Below, piece by piece: positions 8,975 through 21,623 of a DNA stretch of 32,000 nucleotides. This DNA comes from Aliivibrio fischeri ES114. GTDB lineage: Bacteria > Pseudomonadota > Gammaproteobacteria > Enterobacterales > Vibrionaceae. Location: the NCBI RefSeq assembly GCF_000011805.1, contig NC_006841.2. One strand, 5' to 3'. Numbering within the stretch: position 1 is the stretch's first letter; every line of letters begins with the position of its first letter. The notes beneath the pieces are model-generated. The model was not told the origin of the DNA and did not search any database. It saw only the letters and a program-made list of their open reading frames with translations. The position numbers and the translations under genes are program-made.

Positions 8975-10978
8975 TTAATTATTTATTAGAGATAAAAGAA
9001 AAATATATTCAAACGCTTGTTGTTTTAAAGCATCCCGTCTATTTGTTGAGTGTCCTTGATTAAAATGGGTTTCAAGTAAATAAGGACCTTTACCTGAACT
9101 GTTTCTTCTTATTTTGGTTAGGTATTTAGCGCCTTCCCAATAAGGCACTCGACTATCATTAAAACCAACTTGAACAAGAAGTGGGGGGTACTCTTGTTTA
9201 GAGATATTTAAATAAGGATCCGTTTTCTTCATGATATTTAATTCATCTTGAATTGTTGGATTTCCCCATTCACTATATTGTTGTAGTGTCAGTGGTAAAG
9301 AGCTATCAGACATACTATTAATGACATCGACAAAAGGTACATTGAGAGCTGCGCCTTGAAATAACTTTGGCTCTTGATTCAGTGCAGTTGCAATTAGAGT
9401 ACCGCCTGCACTTGACCCCAATGCGTAGATTTTTCGTTCCCCATTGCGATATAACTTCATCGATTTTGCTGCATTTATAAAATCAGTTGCGGCATTTTGA
9501 CGGTTTATCCCTCGACCTGCTTGATACCAATCTTCACCTTTGTAACCACCACCTCGAACATGAGCAATGGCATAAATTACTCCACGATCTAATAAGCTGA
9601 TTATTTGTGGCATGAAATAGGGTTTCATCGTGACGCCGTAAGCACCGTAACCGTATAAAAAAACAGGATTGGTATCGGTTAGCTTATCTTTCCTATAAGC
9701 AAGAGTTACCGGTAGTTCAATTCCATTATTTGTTACGATTATCTGTTCTGTTGCATACAAAGAAGCATCAATATTTGGATATTGATCTTCTAAGTACAGC
9801 GCTCTATTTAAGGTCGCAGTATTTACTTTTTCCCATTTTGGGCTTTGCACCATAGACATACTACGTAAGTAAAAGGTATCACTATTAAAATCACCAACAC
9901 GACTGATCCAAGCAACTTGGCCAGAGGTGGATAAAGAGGTTCTTAGTCTGATTTCTCCAGCAGTATTTAGATAAATTAACTGCGAGCTTTTATTATCGTT
10001 AACAGAAACAACGGGACCTGATTTAAATAAATAAAAGTCTGTAATTCTTTTGTTTTTCTGTGGTCGATAAAGTGGTAACCAATTGTTTATAATTGATATA
10101 TGTGCAATGTTTGCTGAATATAATATAAACAGGTTGTGTTCATGATTGCTATTTATTATGGCTTTGTTTTTAGCAATATCTGCGTAATATTCAACACCTT
10201 CTTGTCGAGTCTTTATTGGTAAAGAGAGATGTGTACTTGTTAAGTTTAAAATTCTTTGTTCAGTGCTATTGCTGTTATTAGATTGTACCATCGCATATTG
10301 ATGATCACTTGAAAGATAAAAAGACAGTAGCCATTCTTTATCTTTTTCAGTGAAAAGAGACGTTATGTTTTGTTGCTGTGTATCAAACTGAATTAATTCA
10401 AAAGGTCGTAATGAATATTTTTCTTGTTTGATAAGGTACACATAACGGTCATCTTTAGACCAAGTAACAGTAGGCTCAACGTGATGTGTTAACGTTGTTA
10501 TCGATTGTGTTCTTAAATCAACAATACTGGCTTGGTATTGTTCAGTTCCTGTCAAATCTTCGGTAATGACGAGTTTATTATGATCATTACTTAAATCCCA
10601 GCCACCAAGGTGATAGTAATCGAATTGATTCGCTCGGTTAGAGATATTGAATAATACAGTGATCTTTTTTGTTTTTAATGAACGCGAAAGTATTTGGCGC
10701 AGACCATTATATTGAGTCACTGTGTATTCTGAATCACCAATTATTTTCCACGGAGACTCCGATTTTATTGGTTGGTTATGTTGCCACTCTTCGACCAATG
10801 CATCCGTTTTAGGCTTAACTTTTGTTTTGAATTCATAAGTTAATTTATTTTCATTATTTAAATACTTTAAAACCTCAGGATTAGATCGTGAACTATCTTT
10901 TAGCCAATTCAAATTATCTTGAGCGAAAGTTAAAGAAGAAAATAGAACTAAGCAGTAAAGAACATTAAGAAATTTCAT
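8975..10978 (-). CDS. Exported S9A prolyl-oligopeptidase-family serine peptidase (oligopeptidase B / protease II-like)
   Basis: PtrB-like N-terminus DNLNWLKDSSRSNPEVLKYLNNENKLT. Catalytic triad context GSSAGG, NDSRVPYWEG, QGHS. I prefer ATG 10978, which gives the signal peptide MKFLNVLYCLVLFSSLTFAQ. The track starts at GTG 11014. Confidence 0.85.
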   Translation of the reverse strand: MKFLNVLYCLVLFSSLTFAQDNLNWLKDSSRSNPEVLKYLNNENKLTYEFKTKVKPKTDALVEEWQHNQPIKSESPWKIIGDSEYTVTQYNGLRQILSRSLKTKKITVLFNISNRANQFDYYHLGGWDLSNDHNKLVITEDLTGTEQYQASIVDLRTQSITTLTHHVEPTVTWSKDDRYVYLIKQEKYSLRPFELIQFDTQQQNITSLFTEKDKEWLLSFYLSSDHQYAMVQSNNSNSTEQRILNLTSTHLSLPIKTRQEGVEYYADIAKNKAIINSNHEHNLFILYSANIAHISIINNWLPLYRPQKNKRITDFYLFKSGPVVSVNDNKSSQLIYLNTAGEIRLRTSLSTSGQVAWISRVGDFNSDTFYLRSMSMVQSPKWEKVNTATLNRALYLEDQYPNIDASLYATEQIIVTNNGIELPVTLAYRKDKLTDTNPVFLYGYGAYGVTMKPYFMPQIISLLDRGVIYAIAHVRGGGYKGEDWYQAGRGINRQNAATDFINAAKSMKLYRNGERKIYALGSSAGGTLIATALNQEPKLFQGAALNVPFVDVINSMSDSSLPLTLQQYSEWGNPTIQDELNIMKKTDPYLNISKQEYPPLLVQVGFNDSRVPYWEGAKYLTKIRRNSSGKGPYLLETHFNQGHSTNRRDALKQQAFEYIFLLSLINN

Positions 10979-11040
10979 AAGTACAGCAAATCCATGAGTC
11001 AATTTAATTAACACGGCGAATGCTACACATTAATACGAAT

Positions 11041-11059
11041 GAGATCAATTATCATTTTC
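11041..11059. promoter_or_regulatory. Candidate Fur box upstream of the peptidase/TonB-receptor operon
   Basis: gagatcaattatcattttc matches the 19-bp consensus GATAATGATAATCATTATC at 13/19 positions by hand alignment. On the other strand it contains AATGATAAT. It lies 27-63 nt upstream of the possible starts. Confidence 0.35.
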
Positions 11060-11182
11060 ATTTCTTTTTATTGTTATTGTGATGACCATCTTGTTATTAG
11101 CGTGGGAATTGACGTTGTTTTACACTTGATTTGTAGATTTTTAATGATTTTTGGACTAAGGCTTAACTTCAAGAGGAGGGAA

Positions 11183-11210
11183 GCATACAGTTATGACTTA
11201 AACTGTATGC
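11183..11210 (-). terminator. Hairpin downstream of ohrR
   Basis: gcatacagtt (11183-11192) pairs with aactgtatgc (11201-11210), 8 nt past the stop at 11218. On the minus strand it is followed by a pyrimidine-rich tract (ttccctcctctt). Confidence 0.4.
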
Positions 11211-11217
11211 ATTAATA

Positions 11218-11685
11218 TTATTTTTCTAGATTTGCTAATAGCTTTTCACAGGTCGCTTTTAATTGTTGCAGTTCTTCAAGTTGTAATTGGCTTTTACAAA
11301 AAATACCGTTAGGTACAGATAGGGCTTTGTTTTTTAGTTCAATACCTTGTTTTGTAAGGAAAACCAAACGGATGCGTTCGTCTTCTTTGCTGCGCTCCCT
11401 TGTGACTATCCCTTTTGATTCTAATCGCTTAAGTAAAGGGGTTAGGGTGCCAGAGTCAAGGTGTAGATCATGTCCTAGATCTTTTACATTAATGCCATTT
11501 TTTTCCCAAATAACCATCATTGCGAGATATTGAGGATAGGTAAGATCCAATGTATTGAGTAATGGACGATAGGCTCTGATCATGGCATTAGATGCGCTGT
11601 ATAAAGAGAAACATACTTGATTCTTAAGTAATAATTGAGGGGAATCAATATTATTTTTATCTTGTGTTTTGTTTTGTTTTTCCAT
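11218..11685 (-). CDS. ohrR: MarR-family organic-hydroperoxide sensor/repressor OhrR
   Basis: Winged-helix MarR core LTYPQYLAMMVIWEKNGINVKDLGHDLHLDSGTLTPLLKRLESKGIVTR and the N-terminal sensing Cys in NQVCFSLY. The gene is divergent from ohr. I place the start at ATG 11685 (AAGAGG RBS); the track's 11736 start would bury the operator palindrome in coding sequence. Confidence 0.85.
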   Translation of the reverse strand: MEKQNKTQDKNNIDSPQLLLKNQVCFSLYSASNAMIRAYRPLLNTLDLTYPQYLAMMVIWEKNGINVKDLGHDLHLDSGTLTPLLKRLESKGIVTRERSKEDERIRLVFLTKQGIELKNKALSVPNGIFCKSQLQLEELQQLKATCEKLLANLEK

Positions 11686-11706
11686 TGATGCCTCTTTAAA
11701 TAAAAA

Positions 11707-11782
11707 TAGATTGTGCACAATATACTTGTATTTCATTTAAGAATCGACATATACTGAAGGAAATTAAGTTGCACACAATCTA
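11707..11782. promoter_or_regulatory. ohrR-ohr divergent control region with two inverted copies of a TAGATTGTG-type operator
   Basis: Site 1 (11707-11723), tagattgtgcacaatat, contains the perfect 12-bp palindrome ATTGTGCACAAT (11710-11721). Site 2 (11766-11782) reads tagattgtgtgcaactt on the other strand. Confidence 0.5.
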
Positions 11783-11835
11783 ATTACTGACAATTTTTAT
11801 AGATTAAATAGAATTTAGAATAAAGGGGCACCATC

Positions 11836-12258
11836 ATGACAACATTGTATACAACAAAAGCAACGGCTTTGGCTGGACGTAATGGTCAAGTAAAAACAGA
11901 TGATAATATGCTTGATCTCGCATTAAGTTATCCAAAAGAAATGGGTGGTACAGGGGAAGCAACGAACCCTGAGCAGTTGTTTGCAGCAGGTTATTCAGCG
12001 TGTTTTTCAAATGCGATTCTTCATGTGGCTCGTGAAATGAAAATTAAGTTAACTCAAGCTCCTGTGACTGCTGAAGTTGGTATAGGCCCAAATAGTGCGG
12101 GTGGTTTTGCTTTAACGGTTGTGCTTGCTGTTGTACTTGATTTAGAAGATCAACAAGCACAGCAATTAGTAAAAACAGCGCATCAAGTTTGTCCATATTC
12201 GAATGCGGTTAAAGGGAATATTGATGTAAAACTCTCTGTAAATGGCGTAGCTCTTTAA
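11836..12258 (+). CDS. ohr: Organic hydroperoxide resistance protein Ohr (OsmC/Ohr family peroxiredoxin)
   Basis: 140 aa with both catalytic Cys contexts, GYSACFSNA and HQVCPYSNA. AAGGGG RBS. Divergent from ohrR. Confidence 0.9.
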   Translation: MTTLYTTKATALAGRNGQVKTDDNMLDLALSYPKEMGGTGEATNPEQLFAAGYSACFSNAILHVAREMKIKLTQAPVTAEVGIGPNSAGGFALTVVLAVVLDLEDQQAQQLVKTAHQVCPYSNAVKGNIDVKLSVNGVAL

Positions 12259-12276
12259 CTCGTAAGGAATGATTAA

Positions 12277-12672
12277 ATGAACACGTTATTATTGACGGCA
12301 GGGCGTGTACTTCTTGCTTTGTACTTTTTGATCCCAGGTATCATGAAGTTTGTATCTTGGGATATGCACATCCAGTTGATGGAAAAGCATGAGATGCCGT
12401 TTGTGCCTGTTTTGCTAGGGCTCGCTGGTGTTTTCCAGATTGGTGCCGCGATTTTATTGATTGCAAATCGCTTTACGTGGATCGTTGCTTTGTTATTAGC
12501 TGGCTTAGTACTTGTGATTAATGTCTCTTTACATGATTTCTGGAATTATTCAGGGATGGAAGGCGCGCATGAAATGCAAAATTTCATTAAAAACTTAGGC
12601 ATTTTTGCTGGTTTACTCGTGCTTTCAGGTCACTCTATGCCTGAGTGTTGCAAGACAAAAAAGAAGTCATAA
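12277..12672 (+). CDS. DoxX-family inner-membrane protein
   Basis: 131 aa with four hydrophobic helices and a DoxX-like N-terminus GRVLLALYFLIPGIMKF. It lies 18 nt downstream of ohr, so is probably co-transcribed. Confidence 0.75.
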   Translation: MNTLLLTAGRVLLALYFLIPGIMKFVSWDMHIQLMEKHEMPFVPVLLGLAGVFQIGAAILLIANRFTWIVALLLAGLVLVINVSLHDFWNYSGMEGAHEMQNFIKNLGIFAGLLVLSGHSMPECCKTKKKS

Positions 12673-12696
12673 TAAAACGTGAGTAGCACAATGAAG

Positions 12697-12731
12697 AAAG
12701 GGATATGAAATTAACCATATCCCTTTTTTTA
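12697..12731. terminator. Bidirectional rho-independent terminator
   Basis: aaagggatatg (12697-12707) pairs with catatcccttt (12716-12726), followed by a T-run. It lies between the convergent stops at 12672 and 12754. Confidence 0.75.
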
Positions 12732-12753
12732 TTAATTAGCTAATGTGATCTAC

Positions 12754-15141
<2,388 letters not shown>

Positions 15142-15151
15142 TTATTCTCAG

Positions 15152-15171
15152 TTAAGTAAAGTTTTACTAAA
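15152..15171. promoter_or_regulatory. 20-bp near-palindrome TTAAGTAAAGTTTTACTAAA upstream of ygjK (candidate operator, motif copy A)
   Basis: 8 of 10 base pairs are symmetric. It shares the core TAAAGTTTTA with the copies at 28364 and 29705. It lies 20 nt upstream of the ygjK start. Confidence 0.4.
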
Positions 15172-15262
15172 TTTAACTTTTGCATAGTAGTTATAAATGA
15201 GAGGAGTTTCAGTGAAGCTTGTCTCACAAAGTTAAACAAGCTTCATAAACGGTGTGACCTAC

Positions 15263-16270
<1,008 letters not shown>

Positions 16271-16550
16271 TCACTGTAGTAGAATTCATTTTTATAGGTA
16301 AATATTGGGAAACAACGCTTCTGTAATTGTGTTTGTAGCGATGACCAATAAGAGAAAGAATATCGATGAGAAGGTTGAAATAGTAGGTTATAAAGGGAAA
16401 AGTGTGAGTATGTTAAGACGATTTTTACTTATATTTACCTAAATTTTTACTTATGAAGAAATCACATGATTTGATTTTTAGAATCGCTATGATTACCGTT
16501 TTAGTAATGAAAATTAAGCGTTGATATGTATCTGTATAGATTGATTGAAT

Positions 16551-16582
16551 AAAAAAGGCACTGAATATTATCAGTGCCTTTT
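16551..16582 (-). terminator. Rho-independent terminator of the distal ygjI-like permease gene
   Basis: aaggcactga (16555-16564) pairs with tcagtgcctt (16571-16580). On the minus strand the hairpin is followed by TTTTTT. Confidence 0.75.
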
Positions 16583-16621
16583 GTCATATCTAGGGGAAAC
16601 TAAATGCTAATTTGTTTCGTG

Positions 16622-18140
<1,519 letters not shown>

Positions 18141-18968
18141 TGTGAGATGTGTCATTAAATAATGAAGAAAAAATAAGCAAAGTGTGATGATGATCTATTC
18201 TAATGTGATGAAACGATAGTTAGGTTAGTGGTTATTCTTAAATAAGGTATCGTTAAAAAGATGAATGTTCGTAATGACATTGTGGTGGTAGTACGAAGGT
18301 CTTTCTTTTTATTCTATTGATTGTCACGGTCACTTTAGAACAAATACTCACCACTTAGTCTGAAGATGTGTTGTGCCGTTGATCGTTAATTATTTAGATA
18401 AACGAGATTAATCTAAATAATTCAAACTTATTTTGGGTATAAATAAGTAAATATTTCAATAAGTGTAAAGATATGAAATTATTTATGTTTGGTGGTAAAT
18501 TATTTAGAGCAAACAAAATAAAAATATTGACCTTGTTGTAATTGCAGAATATAAGGTAGGGAAATTTTAAGTGCCTCATATAAGGGTTAAGTTATTAATT
18601 TTATAATTTATTTTTTTTAGCATGTCTTTTTTACATACTAGATAGCAATGATTAAAAATTTGAATGGAACGATATCGATGTATTAAAATTTCTAATGAAG
18701 TGAGTTTTATAGACAAGTTTCATGCTTTAAAGATATACAGAAGAATTCGTAGCTTTAAGTTATATGACATGAATTTATTTTTATCGACTGCATCAGAGAT
18801 AAAATCATTTTTATTTAATACAGAGACAACAGAAGGTTAAACTGATAGAGCTGTTTTGAGTTTTTATTTTATTGGTTTCATTAAAAATAGTAATGGTTTG
18901 GTCATCAAAAGGTGATTCATTTATTTTCATAAGTGATTTATCTGTACTTGTAGTATGTAAATTAAAAA

Positions 18969-20300
18969 ATGTTTAATGTTAAATTATTTGGATTAGATAA
19001 GCTTTTCTTATTTGTGGTTTTGTTTTTGTGCATTTTTGCATCGATAATTTATTATCATATATATTCCATATCAATTTTAGAGAAAAGTATTCACATTAAT
19101 TACCAAAAGGTTGTTGACGTAACAAAGCGGTTTCATGGCTATTACATAAATTCGGATACGATATCTTTAAAAAAAGGCGTTCATGATAATGATGGCGTAG
19201 GCGTTATTGTTAATAAACTAGGGGACGTTAAAGTATTATCTCCAGCTATAAATCAGCTTTATAAGAGCTTATCTGGAGTGATAGAATCAAAATATATATG
19301 GACTGTTGCTGTTATAGATAAGTTGCATAATGAAAATACAGAGAACTCATACTTTAAGCCTTTAAGAGATGGTTATCTTAGATTTAACAATAAGTCATTG
19401 CATGATTCAAATATATTAGAAAGCATAGTTAATTTAGAAAGCTTGAAAGTTAGTTATAAATCTTTCCATCATGATGATGTGAGAATTACTGAGATATATA
19501 AAGAGCAATGGACAGGTGAAAAAATATACTCAGTTATTTATCCTATTTATTTAGATACAAGGTTAACTTCGGTTATTATTGTAGATATTAAAAGAGGCTG
19601 GAATTCTCTTTTAATTGAAAAGTTTAATCAGAAACGTTGGACTCATTTTTATTATGGAAAAGGTGTTAATTGGGCAACATTTACTCTTGCATTGCCATAT
19701 ACATCGGATAAATATTCACCAGATGTAAGTATTGATCTTCTTTCAATATTGATAGGTAGCTTTTATATATCTTGTGTTGTCTTCTTTGCCGCATTATGTG
19801 GTTATTATTTTTATGTAAAAGTAACCATAATGAGAAGCTACGATCATATGACGGGGTTTTATCGTCGTGATTTTTATGAACCAAAATTGAAAGCATTAGA
19901 ATCAGCTTCTTTTTTAATGATAGATATCGACCATTTTAAGCGAGTAAATGATACTTATGGGCATGACTTTGGTGATGTTGTTATTCAAGAAGTAGCGCAT
20001 CGTATACAAAACTGCATTAGAGTAAATGATATTGCTATTCGCTGGGGTGGCGAAGAGTTCATTGTTATCTTTCAAAAAATAAATCAAGATGACCTTATGA
20101 ATAAGGCGGAATCCATTAGAGAAGTAATAGAAAGCAAATCAATTGATGGAATAGAAATTACGATATCTATTGGTGGAGCCACCCAAAGAGACTTTGAAGC
20201 CGTTAGTGATGCAATAAAGAGAGCTGATATTGCGCTTTATTATTCTAAAAATGCAGGCCGTAACATAGTTACATTAGATAAGAACAATTATGATTTTTAG
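18969..20300 (+). CDS. Membrane diguanylate cyclase: TM - periplasmic Cache-like sensor - TM - GGDEF (GGEEF, I-site RVND)
   Basis: GGDEF domain motifs DHMTGFYRRDFY, MIDIDHFKRVNDTYGHDFGD, RVNDIAIRWGGEEF and YYSKNAGRN. Hydrophobic helices at about aa 12-32 and 257-283 flank a periplasmic region of about 225 aa. Confidence 0.85.
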   Translation: MFNVKLFGLDKLFLFVVLFLCIFASIIYYHIYSISILEKSIHINYQKVVDVTKRFHGYYINSDTISLKKGVHDNDGVGVIVNKLGDVKVLSPAINQLYKSLSGVIESKYIWTVAVIDKLHNENTENSYFKPLRDGYLRFNNKSLHDSNILESIVNLESLKVSYKSFHHDDVRITEIYKEQWTGEKIYSVIYPIYLDTRLTSVIIVDIKRGWNSLLIEKFNQKRWTHFYYGKGVNWATFTLALPYTSDKYSPDVSIDLLSILIGSFYISCVVFFAALCGYYFYVKVTIMRSYDHMTGFYRRDFYEPKLKALESASFLMIDIDHFKRVNDTYGHDFGDVVIQEVAHRIQNCIRVNDIAIRWGGEEFIVIFQKINQDDLMNKAESIREVIESKSIDGIEITISIGGATQRDFEAVSDAIKRADIALYYSKNAGRNIVTLDKNNYDF

Positions 20301-21618
20301 CAATGTTGATAATAATAATATGTATGTAAAGTTTTTCTTATGCTCATTTATACTGTCAGGATATATATTGTATCAATATAACAGGTTAGAAATAGAATCG
20401 TTTAAAATGGAGTTTCAAAGTAATATAAATAGGCTTTATGATACAATTAGGAAAATAACACCATATTATTTAAATACTAATACAGTAGAGCTATATAAAG
20501 GAACGTATACTATTGATGAAGTTTCTGTGATGGTAAATGAAAATAGTAAGGTAAAGGAGTTATCTTTAGGTATAAATTTATTAGAAACAGAGATAAGGAA
20601 GTATATCGGTGATGACTATTGGAGTATTGCAATTATACAAAAGTCAGACACAAATACAGATTCAAATACCGCACATTTTAAGCCGTTACGTGACATCCAT
20701 GTTAATTTAAATTCAGATATGAAATATGATAGAAACTGGATAGATAGAATATTAATCAACGAAAAAATATCAAGTAACTATCATGTTTTATCATTATGCG
20801 ATTTGAAGTTAACAGAACCATATGTTGAGAAAATCTCAGAGCAAAAAGTTAGGAGCATATTTTACCCTATATATGTTAATAAAAATCTAACCGCAATGTT
20901 TTTATTGGATATTAAAGATTCCGTATTTGATAGTTGGTTGAATGAATTTAACACAGATAGATTTAGTTTTTTATATTATATCAATAATGAAAATCCATTT
21001 TTTTCTTTAGATGATTCAATAGATATTCCTTGTTCTCCAATTGAAAACATATTGGGATTATCAATAAATATAAACAAAATAATGATATGGAGCTTGTTAT
21101 TTGCGTTTGTTATTACAGGCGGGTTCATTTTTATTGAAAAAACACTACGAAAGTTTATTTTTTATTGCACTCTCGATGATATGACTGGCCTTTATCGTCG
21201 TGATTTCTATGAAATGAAGCTTAATCATTTATTAGATAAATCCATTATCATTGTTGATATTGATAAATTTAAAAGCATCAATGATAAATATGGTCACTCT
21301 AAAGGTGATGAAGTCATAACTGAGGTATGCCGTCGCTTAAGGCAATGCATTAGAGGTGATGATTTAGCCATTCGTTGGGGCGGTGAAGAGTTTGTTATTG
21401 TTTTAAGTAATGTTTCTAGTATTGATTTATTTAATCGTTCTGAAGCAATAAGGGTATCAGTGTCAGAAAGCCCAATTGCTGGTATGAATGTTTCTGTATC
21501 TATAGGGGCGGCAATAGGGAAGAAATCTTCTTTTAAACGTACGCTAAAAATGGCGGATACTGCATTGTATCAATCAAAAAATGCAGGAAGAAACAAAGTA
21601 ACGGTATTTGAAGGATAA
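20290..21618 (+). CDS. Membrane diguanylate cyclase, paralogue of the preceding gene (GGEEF, I-site RGDD)
   Basis: DDMTGLYRRDFY, IVDIDKFKSINDKYGHSKGD, RGDDLAIRWGGEEF, YQSKNAGRN. Same TM-sensor-TM architecture. ATG 20290 overlaps the upstream stop (ATGATTTTTAG); an alternative ATG lies at 20320. Confidence 0.85.
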   Translation: MIFSNVDNNNMYVKFFLCSFILSGYILYQYNRLEIESFKMEFQSNINRLYDTIRKITPYYLNTNTVELYKGTYTIDEVSVMVNENSKVKELSLGINLLETEIRKYIGDDYWSIAIIQKSDTNTDSNTAHFKPLRDIHVNLNSDMKYDRNWIDRILINEKISSNYHVLSLCDLKLTEPYVEKISEQKVRSIFYPIYVNKNLTAMFLLDIKDSVFDSWLNEFNTDRFSFLYYINNENPFFSLDDSIDIPCSPIENILGLSININKIMIWSLLFAFVITGGFIFIEKTLRKFIFYCTLDDMTGLYRRDFYEMKLNHLLDKSIIIVDIDKFKSINDKYGHSKGDEVITEVCRRLRQCIRGDDLAIRWGGEEFVIVLSNVSSIDLFNRSEAIRVSVSESPIAGMNVSVSIGAAIGKKSSFKRTLKMADTALYQSKNAGRNKVTVFEG

Positions 21619-21623
21619 TATAT

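Noticed and set aside
10979-11014. GTG start of the S9 peptidase used by the ORF track
   Set aside because: It is possible, but ATG 10978 yields a standard signal peptide, whereas the GTG adds 12 residues ahead of it. I kept it as an alternative only.
11686-11736. Upstream start of ohrR (MKYKYIVHNLFLFKEAS...)
   Set aside because: It would place the palindromic operator inside the coding sequence and has no RBS. ATG 11685 has an AAGAGG RBS and gives a typical OhrR length.
15213-15245. Hairpin tgaagcttgt/acaagcttca just downstream of the ygjJ-position gene, as a terminator
   Set aside because: It has a 13-nt loop and no U-tract on the minus strand. It may modulate read-through into ygjK but is not a convincing intrinsic terminator.
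18261-18320. 19-aa micro-ORF (MNVRNDIVVVVRRSFFLFY) as a possible leader peptide
   Set aside because: It has no RBS and no adjacent attenuator structure that I could find, so it is too short to support.
18394-18579. 61-aa minus-strand ORF in the AT-rich spacer
   Set aside because: The translation is low-complexity and Ile/Leu/Asn/Phe-rich, as expected by chance in AT-rich DNA. It has no RBS and no recognisable motif.
18811-18930. 39-aa minus-strand ORF (MKINESPFDDQTITIFNETNKIKTQNSSISLTFCCLCIK) divergent from the cyclase operon
   Set aside because: It has no Shine-Dalgarno sequence, no terminator and no recognisable family. It cannot be distinguished from chance without conservation data.
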